The position numbers and the translations under genes are program-made. 64,000 bases of DNA. It comes from Cenococcum geophilum. Its lineage: Eukaryota. Every line of letters starts with the position of its first letter. The stretch's first letter is position 1. The stretch is taken from the NCBI GenBank assembly GCA_050273025.1, contig CP158636.1:12772001-12836000 (forward strand). Direction: 5' to 3'. The notes under the pieces are model-generated. The model worked only from the letters and a program-made list of their open reading frames with translations, was not told the origin of the DNA and searched no databases. Positions 55,441 to 64,000 of this stretch are shown piece after piece.

Positions 55441-58400
55441 CTATAAACCGGCTTTAATATAGGGATAGATAGACAAAGAAAATAATAAAATTGCCTAATA
55501 AGATTTGCGTCGACTGCCCGTATACGGTAAGGCCTTATATTAGAATTAGTTTTATTCTATTTAGGCTCTCTTAATTTTCTTTAATTAATTAACTAATTCT
55601 CGCTTTATACTCCTATTAGAATTCACGCGTTAAATTATTTCTTACGGGTCCTTTAAGCTTAGCTATTCTATTTACCTTGCTTAATACCTATTATTAGTAG
55701 GATCCTATTTTTGTATATAGAGAGAAATAGAATGTTTATTTATAGTTTAACTTAAAAAGTAGAGAACTAATGTTATTATAATCCCCTTAAACATTCATTT
55801 TCCAAGGACAGAGGTGTAGGTATATTTGCCTAAAAAGCCGGCCAAGGAAATCTCGCGTCGCTAACGTTTATGCGGAATATAGGGTTTAGGCTAAGCCGCC
55901 TTCCCTAATCTAACTTCCTTCCTTATTATAGAATACACTCTCGTTACTTAGCTTATATTCTTTAGGCGTGACTCTACCGCTAGCTGCTTATGTTTACGAT
56001 TAGGGGTATAGCCGAGTGACTAGTTTAGTGGACCTGTAAACGCCTATGGTTTAATTAGGCTAAGGTGGGGGTGTATATAGGTGCCCTTGGAAAGCCCTCT
56101 TTAGTGTACCGTTAATTTAGTTAAGGTATAAGCTGGCTTAGCCTAATACTATTTTTAGACCTCCTTGGCTTCCAAAATAGTTACTAGATATTTTAGAAAT
56201 TTAAAGAATAGTAGATATAGTGGCGCGGGAGTGGAGGGGAAATGCTAAGTTTTATATTATCCTTCGCCAAGAGATCCCAGCCTCCCATTTTAAGGAAATG
56301 CCTAGACGCTATACCTAAAATCGTTAAGCTATTTAATGTCACCAATTACTTCTTAAAATAGCTTAAGTTTATATAAGTTCTTGACCACTCTTGCTAAATA
56401 AAGGAAGTTTAATTTAGGCCCTATTCCTCTTAGCTATCTATAGGTCTTTTCTTATCTAGAAGGGCCATATTTTGGTTCCTCGCTAGGTTTTAGTTTTTAG
56501 GCACTTAGTATATCCCCTTATAAGGATTATAGACCTTAAATCTAAAACCTTTATTTAAGGCAGAGACTAGTCTAAGCTATAGTAATAAAAGAGGGATAGG
56601 TCTAAGCCACTAAGCACTAACTGTCTCCTTAGTTCTTTACTCTATAGTAAGGTAAAAGCATATATTTAAGGGACGGTTAGCGCTCAAAACCGGCGAAATA
56701 CAACTATTTATAACTGCTATTGTCTATGCAGAGTATATAGCGAGTTAGTTAGTCACCAGTCAGGCAATTACTAAGATATTATAGTAAGACTTCACCTACT
56801 TAGGAAGCACCCGGTAATAGATTATGCAATTTTTTATTATATTTTCCTAATAAGCAGCGTTTATAGCTTCTACTAAATCCACCTACCTGGATTAAATCCT
56901 AAACCTTTAGTAGATTCTCTCTTAATTCCCTAGAACGCAAGCCAATCTTACTTAGCTACTATTTCCTTACGATTATATTTTTTAAGCACCTTTTGCATTA
57001 ACTAGACAGCTTTATAGACCTTCTATAGTAGATTAAGCGTAGAGTACTAATGTTCCTAATAACGTATAAGACGTTGCTATAAGAGGAAGTTCTCCTTTAT
57101 AAGCCTTTAAAGAGTCTCTAGTTAGTCTCTTTTTTAAAATTCCTTAGCCCTTTATATTAAGGACTTAATAGAGAAAGATTTATTTATAGTATGGGGTTCT
57201 ATAGTTAAAACCTTAGTTTAGTAGCTGGAATTAGCGTCTATGTTATGGTTTATAAGATAGGTAGGGATACGCTTTTAACGGTTATTTAGCAGAAAATACT
57301 TTAGGCGGAGAACCCCAGGACCTAAACGTGTCCCTTTTTGCTATTATTATCTATAACCCGCTTCTAGTCCTAAGGACCCCGTTTTAGAGTAGCTAATATA
57401 CGGACCAGTGGTGCCCCTAATTATCTCTATCTTAGGTCCATTTTTAAAACGTTAACTATTTATATTTTGGCCACTCTAGTATAGAGCCCAAAAATGGGCC
57501 TTAAACTAGGTAACTACTTTCGTCCTCTAAAGTCCTAATAATATAAAAAAAGGGGTATAAAAGAAATAATACTTTATTAACTACGGTGATCACATCCTAT
57601 ATATTTGCTCTAAAATTATCTTACTTATGGCGTTCTATTAGCTGGCCTAATATTACTATAGCTAGCTTCTCTAAAGCATGCCTCCCTGGCTATAACTAAT
57701 TAATACTAATTAAGTACCCTTAAGTCCTAAACAATAAAGCGTATATTTAAGTGGATAGGAGGCTTCTCCTAACCTATAGACTCTCTTAACTAGTAGAAGA
57801 AACTTAATAGCAAGAAGCCTAGTAAGAAGTCTAATAAGATAAACTCCTATAAATACAAGTGCCGTAACTGGAAGAGGCGTACCGCCACTACCTCTCTTTC
57901 CGCCACTACCTCTTAATCCTACTTCCGTTCCTACTGCTATAGCCACTGCGCCTAAGGACTTATAACAGCCACTAGAGCCTAGTAAGTCTTCTTCCTCCTT
58001 ACTAAGGCTATAGGGGGAATCCTCTGGTAAAAACGCTACTTCTTTACCTTCTTTACCTTCACAGCAACTTAAAACCTAATCTTAACCACTAAGCCCCGGA
58101 GAAGCTGCCGAGCCCAATATATCTTCCGCTTCGCCCCCCCCGCAAGTTAGCCCTCTATAAGAGATCTGTATAAGGTAGGAAGAAGCACTAAAAGAAGATT
58201 AGAATAAGCTTCCATTATAACTTTTAGAGGATATGTTAAAATAAGTGTTTTATTTAGCAGAACTAATAGGATTTGGTGGTTACTTTTCCTAATATAGCTC
58301 TTATTATCGGGTTATAAGGAATAAAGTTAAAAATGGTTAATCTATAGACACATAAAATAGATATATACGCTATAGCTATGTTATATACTAGGACTATATT

Positions 58401-58706
58401 TAGCGCAGCGGCCTTAATAATAGATGTTTAGTCTATCCTACCTAGATTACTAGGTTTTAGACTTATTTCCTAAATAGAGACTAGGATTTTATTAGGGATG
58501 GAATAGAATGCCTTATATGCCAAGATATGCTAACATGGAGAGGTTAAATAGCAGTCTTACTTTATAACTATGGGTTCCACCAAAACTATATTCCGCTTAG
58601 TGGCTTAATAGCTAGGTATCTAAAGTGCAGCCTTTTAGTCCTAACTTACGGATACTAATATAAAGTTAGCCTATAGTCTAAATCTCTGCCTAATTAGAAT
58701 TAGCCA

Positions 58707-59597
58707 GGCGACGATAATATAGGCGGAAATTAGCCTCCTTAAGGAGCCGATAATAATGTAGGCGGAACTCCTCTTATAGGAGCCAGTAATAATATAGGCG
58801 GAACTCCTCCTATAGGAGCCAATAATAATATAGGCAGAAACCCTCCTATAGGAGCTAATAATAATATAGGTGGAACTCCTCCTATAGGAGCTAATAATAA
58901 TATAGGCGGAAATCCTCCTTTGGGAGGTAATAATAATATAGGCGGAAACCCTCCTCTAGAAGGCAATAATAATATAGGCGGAAACCCTCCTCTAGGAGGT
59001 AATAATAATCTAGGTGGAAACCCTTCTTAAGGAGCTAATAATAATCTAAGCGGAAATTAGCCTCTTTAAGGAGCTAATAATAATATAGGTGGAAATTCTT
59101 CTTTAGGAGCCAACAATAATATAAGCAGAAATTCTCTTTTGGGAGGCAATAATAATATAGGCGGAAATCTTCCTCTTCCTCTAGGAGGCAATAATAATAT
59201 AGGCGGAAATCCTCCTTTAGGAGCCAATAATAATATAGGTGGAAATCCTTCTTTAGGAGCTAATAATAATATAGGCGGAAATCCTCCTTTAAAAGGTAAT
59301 AATAATCTAAGCGGAAATCCTCCTCCTTTAGGAGGCAATAATAATATAGGCGGAAATTCTCCTTTAGGAGCCAATAATAATATAGGCGGAAATCCTCTAA
59401 GAGGTAATAATAATCTAAGCGGAAATCCTCTTTCTCCTCTAGGAGGCAATAATAATATAGGCGGAAATCCTCCTTCGGGAGGCAATAATAATCTAGACGG
59501 AAATTAGCCTCCTTAAGGAGCTACTAATCTAGGCGGAAACTAGCCTCCTTAAGGAATTCTAAGTGTAGGGGCAGCTAATAGTATAGGCGGAAATTAA
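58707..59597 (+). repeat. Coding minisatellite, ~39-bp unit (G-G/A-NNN-I-GGNPPL), ~20+ copies
   Basis: Directly visible; ORF 59139-59507. Confidence 0.97.
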
Positions 59598-60500
59598 GCC
59601 TTAAATAGCGTAATACTAACTACCGGACCTATATTATATCCGTATAAAGGATAAGTTTATAATAATAAGGTTAAAAGAGAAATAGTAGGCTATAGGCTAT
59701 ATACTAGTAGATATTAAGTACTTCTATAAACTCCCGCTCCTTAAGGGAGTTTCTTAAATTATAAATTAGTTGCATTATATCTTATAGGAGGGGAGGTAGT
59801 AGTTAACGCCTATATAGAGGCGATGCAGGATTAAGGGGAGGAGCTATTTATCTTAGCTGACGCTAGTATTAACCTCCTAAGGACTAAGGACAAAGAGTAG
59901 ATACGGATTACGGGCTAAAGCGTTTTTAGACGTTATAGCACTCCTTTAGCCGGAGGGTATTTAAACATACTAATGTAATATTTAAAGCTAGTATTTACGG
60001 ACCAGCCTAGAGTATATTGGTACGCTAAAAGCACGCTAAAGGGCTACTATAATCGTCCCTAGGTTAAAAGTTTATTAGAAGGGCTATACGCAGCATCTGG
60101 AATTTCCCCTATAGATTTTATTCCTTTAGAAACGCGGTAGAGAGCCATAAGACTAAGACGTAGACGTGGGGCCATAAATATAGGAGCTACTACTAGAACT
60201 ATAAATATAGGAGCTACTACTGGAACTATAAACATAGGAGCTACTACTAGGACCGTAAATATAGGAGCTACGGTAGGTTAAACCCCTTAGCCTACCTACG
60301 CAACTCCTCCGCCTCCTTACGTAACTCCCCCACCAGATAATAGCTATTAACCTCCTCTATAGGCTACCAATCCAGCTATAAAAGGATCTACTATTAAAGA
60401 ACGGCTTTTACGTCTTAAAGCGATAATTATAGAATTACTAAATGCGCAGCGCGCTTGTAGCTAGGGTTCTGGGGCTGCCTATAATCCGCTCCTAGACGTT
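58707..60500 (+). pseudogene. Hypothetical protein pseudogene, paralogue B, with G/N/P-rich repeat region
   Basis: Repeats run into VYNNKVKREIVGYRLYTSRY.VLL.TPAP; 27-bp repeat at ~60175-60270; C-terminus KGSTIKERLLRLKAIIIELLNAQR. Confidence 0.6.
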
Positions 60501-63500
60501 ACTTATTATAGACCGGCTTTTAATATAAGGGTAGATAGATAAGGGAGTTTAAATTAGTATAGTTGTTTTATCCTTCCTTTAATTATTTATTCTTCTATAT
60601 ATTTGCTTTATTCTCCCATTAGGGTTTACACGTTTAATCTTTACTTGCGGGTGCCTTTAGAGTATATTCCGTTTTACTTACTTAATACCTATTATCGGCG
60701 GGATCCGATTTTTATACGTAAAAAGAATTAAAATGATTTTATGGTTTAACTTAAAAACAAAGGAACAAAATCGCAATCCCTTTAAATCTCGTCGCTTAGC
60801 AGTGTGTAGAGATACTAAGAGAGTAGAGCCCTTAAGCCGGATTTACGGCTTAAGCCCAGTTCTTACCTAAAGGTTTAATTATATTATCCCTATTAAATAA
60901 GCCTTATTTTAAAGCAAAAAGCCAAAAGGCTAATTGTAATAGATATTAATGTTGCTGTTTAGAGGAAGGCGTAACTTCACTTTAAATAGACATTTTTATA
61001 TAACTATTTATAGATTTTTTTTAGAAGAGCGCTATACTTTAAGTTATTAGGTATACCGCACTATATAAGCGCGCTAAACTATTATAATAATAATAATAAT
61101 TCTTTAATTAACGTCTAATAGGGATCCTACTTAGCCTATGCAGACTACTCCATTATAGGGGGAAAACTTATAGTTTATAGGAAGAAAACCCTTACAGTTA
61201 GGGAAGGAAAAACCCTATAAGCCACCTTAGTTAGATAAAAAACCCCGAATTGCCATGTTTGTATATAGTAGCGGCCCTATGGGCCTACAGCACGTCCTCC
61301 TCCTTAGATGTTTTAAACTCTTTAGGAACTACTACTTCCCTCTCTAGCTTATCCTAAGCTAGGGTTCACTACGCCCCAGCTAGGCCTTGCCAATCAATCG
61401 CCGTATATATATTGTTTCTCCTATATCTTAACCGTCCCCTATATGCTATCTCTTATTGACCATTACTATATACGCCTTACCTTCCCCCCTAGAGCCATTA
61501 AAGGCGTAAGGGGGATTTATCCGTTTTAACTACTATATTACTAATAGCGGGATATGTTGTGTTGTGTTGTATTTAGGTATCTTTTATGCCTAGGCCTTAG
61601 CTAGGCCCTTTTTAAGGGCTACTACTCCGTTAAAAGGAGATAAGGAAAACCGTGGGTTGTAATCTAGGCTGCTAGGTAGCTACGGTAGTAATAAAATAGT
61701 AAGTAACTGCATGCTCCGCGGGCGATTGCTCTAAGGGTTAAGAGGGGCCGTATATTTGCTCGCTGCTTATTTATTTATTCGCGTTTGTTTATCCATTAAT
61801 ATAAGGTCGTCAATGCTTTTAATTGGGGGTCAGGGGACGTTAAATTCTATCTCGTATCCGCGAGGATTATATAGGGTTGAATAGGAGCGTAGCAGTTGTC
61901 TACTATAAAGGGGGTTACCGTTAGTAGTGGTTTTCGAGATCTCACTATCCCATGTGAAAACTTTTCACTACCCCCTATAACATTTTGTCAACTACCACCA
62001 CCTCCTACCTACAGCTATGTGACGTTTTTACGTTAGCTCTGCTAAGTTAAAAGACTAGTAGGTTTATAGGCCTTACTACGTATAGGTATAGAGTCCGATT
62101 TCGAGGACTAATATAAATTATATACTAAAGATCTATAAATTAGTTATGTTTTCTTATAAAATAGATTAGCTAGTATTTCTCTAGTAAGAATTGGACTCTA
62201 TATTATCTTACCTATTCTATATAGGTGTTATAGGCTTTCTCTAGTATTCTGCAATTCTTTATGGCTATTGGCCCGTATATAATTAGGTTTATATTATTAA
62301 TAAAGCCTATCCCCTAGTTCTTATATAAAGTTAAGGGTAGCTTATACGCTCTTAGCCTAAGGAATGGATGTGCTATAGATGCCAGTTAGTCTGCTTTAAC
62401 CCTCCCCCCCCTAAGGTAAGCAGTCGAATTTGGTTCGTGCTATATAAGACGATAAGTTACAAGGGAGCATGCCGGGAGGATTGCTAAAACGCCCCTAATA
62501 TATACTAGCAATACGTAAGTCCGTAACACTAGAAGGAAGAAAGGATATTACTATAATTTAATAAGCTAAGCGGTGCCGCCTTAACCGTCTGTAGGGGCTT
62601 AATTTAAGGTTACTTATTCGTGGGCATAAATATATACTTAGGATCTAAGTATAAGAGGTTGCCGTGTTATAAATTGTAGCGCCAATGGCGTTGGAATACG
62701 GATCGCCTTATTACCGCTCCTTAAACTATAGGATGATTTTACTAATATTAAGGCGCTAATTAGTAATACTCTTTTGGCTAGACGGGCTCTGTATAAACCA
62801 GTAACTATGCTATAAATGGTTAGGTTTCTTAAGACTATATCTTAGGGGACTTTAGGAAGGATTAGATGATATAGATTATTTATCTTTTTTATATATAGGC
62901 ATATAATGCAGTAATCCCTTAGGTTGCCTGTCCGTTAGTAGTAGTAGTATATATTAATAGCGATGCCGAGAAAGCGGGGCTCTTAAGTAGGATATGCGGC
63001 TTTATGCGCCCTATTGCGTTATATTATAGGTAATAGGACGCTAGAGCGTATTAAAAGGCCCTAAAGGGCATTTAATGGTACAGCTTACAAAATTCCCTTA
63101 CCTAAGATGGCGCTTTAAACTGTTAGTTAGCACTAGGATCTCTAAGTAATAGGACGCGTGTTAGACTTATAGCTCTTCTAAATCCTAGTAATTAGATACT
63201 TATATAAGCCAACAAGAATCGAGACTATATACACTACTATTAGCTAAGCAACCCTAAGATCCGCATTTTATATTTCCTATCTCTATTAACTACGTAATAG
63301 CTATTGATCCTTATTTCTAAAATGGTCGTATAATGCCGCTATTAGGGCACCCGGCCGGCTTTAGTTGCTATATAGCGGCGTAATCGTTTATAATAACTTT
63401 TAGTGGAGCATTTTGATATCCTAGGATGCCGGAATGCCCGTAAGATTTATATATATATATACGCGTCCTCTTAATCCGATCCTTTCTTGCTATTCTTATT

Positions 63501-64000
63501 ACTATTACAGTTTTATAATAATTAATTAACCTTTAATGCGTTTTTAAGCACTATACTAGGATAACCTGGAAATTCAAGCCGTAATGGAATTTAATAACTT
63601 AGGCGTATCCGCGAGTATAGAGCTAATAAATATCTAAAAAGAGACTCTAAGCTAGGAGGTAGAAGTAGACTATTAAGAGATAGTTACCGTACAAATAACG
63701 AGCTAATTATTAATTAGGGTGCGAGAGCGTTAATTAATAGAAGTAAAGTGCTGCTAATGCTCTTTAATAAATTTGTTACTAAGGTCACCTAAGACATAAT
63801 GGTCGGAATGCAGGTTTAGCCTAAGGTACGTAAAAGGGCTATTTATTAAGAGCGCATCCCGTTTAAAGGATCTTACCATTAATCGGCCTAGTTCCCTCGG
63901 CTCGTGCGTAGTCTATATAAGAAAGCCCCCAAGGCTACTTAATCTCTAGCTAATATAATCCTGGAGTATAGCGATATAAATGGCGGCATATAGGATGTAA

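Larger units (their letters stand above)
43980..55790 (+). repeat. Segmental duplication copy A (long version)
   Basis: Blocks 43980-44130, 44581-44940, 49528-50135 and 51740-55790 match, in order, sequence at 56384-60787. Confidence 0.9.
56384..60787 (+). repeat. Segmental duplication copy B (internally deleted)
   Basis: Junctions at ~56532, ~56871 and ~57465 join blocks that lie ~0.45, ~4.6 and ~1.6 kb apart in copy A. Confidence 0.9.

Noticed and set aside
58739..59485. Minus-strand ORFs (PPILLLAP)n
   Set aside because: Antisense shadows of the plus-strand coding repeat
62770..62802. FWLDGLCINQ resembling the HET-domain motif WIDALCINQ
   Set aside because: Flanking HET motifs and spacing were not found; strand and frame of the 62-64 kb remnant are unresolved

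Overview
Filamentous ascomycete (Pezizomycotina-type) genomic DNA, almost all heavily mutated by repeat-induced point mutation (RIP). TpA/TAG/TAA are in strong excess, CpA/TpG are scarce, and no intact cellular gene is visible. Reversing C->T/G->A changes by eye shows a gene-dense fossil region rather than a pure transposon graveyard. It holds: a full-length Tad1-like LINE with TSD (63-5644); a cluster of regulator pseudogenes (Zn2Cys6, bZIP+Zn2Cys6, 2xC2H2, ~9xC2H2, GNAT; ~6.7-16.6 kb); a RING+patatin-like phospholipase and a ferric-reductase-like pseudogene, both typical Starship auxiliary genes; a young, nearly intact ORF1-only polyA retroposon with a 13-bp TSD (36398-38519); a TA-flanked pogo-type TIR element enclosing a protein-kinase pseudogene and a truncated transposase (46029-49416); and a local duplication (43.98-55.8 kb vs 56.4-60.8 kb) whose second copy is deleted and carries an expanded G/N/P-rich coding repeat. 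Best interpretation, by inference: the interior of a RIP-inactivated giant mobile element (Starship-like) with nested TEs. No captain recombinase or element boundary was recognised. Pseudogene coordinates are approximate and translations are manual.
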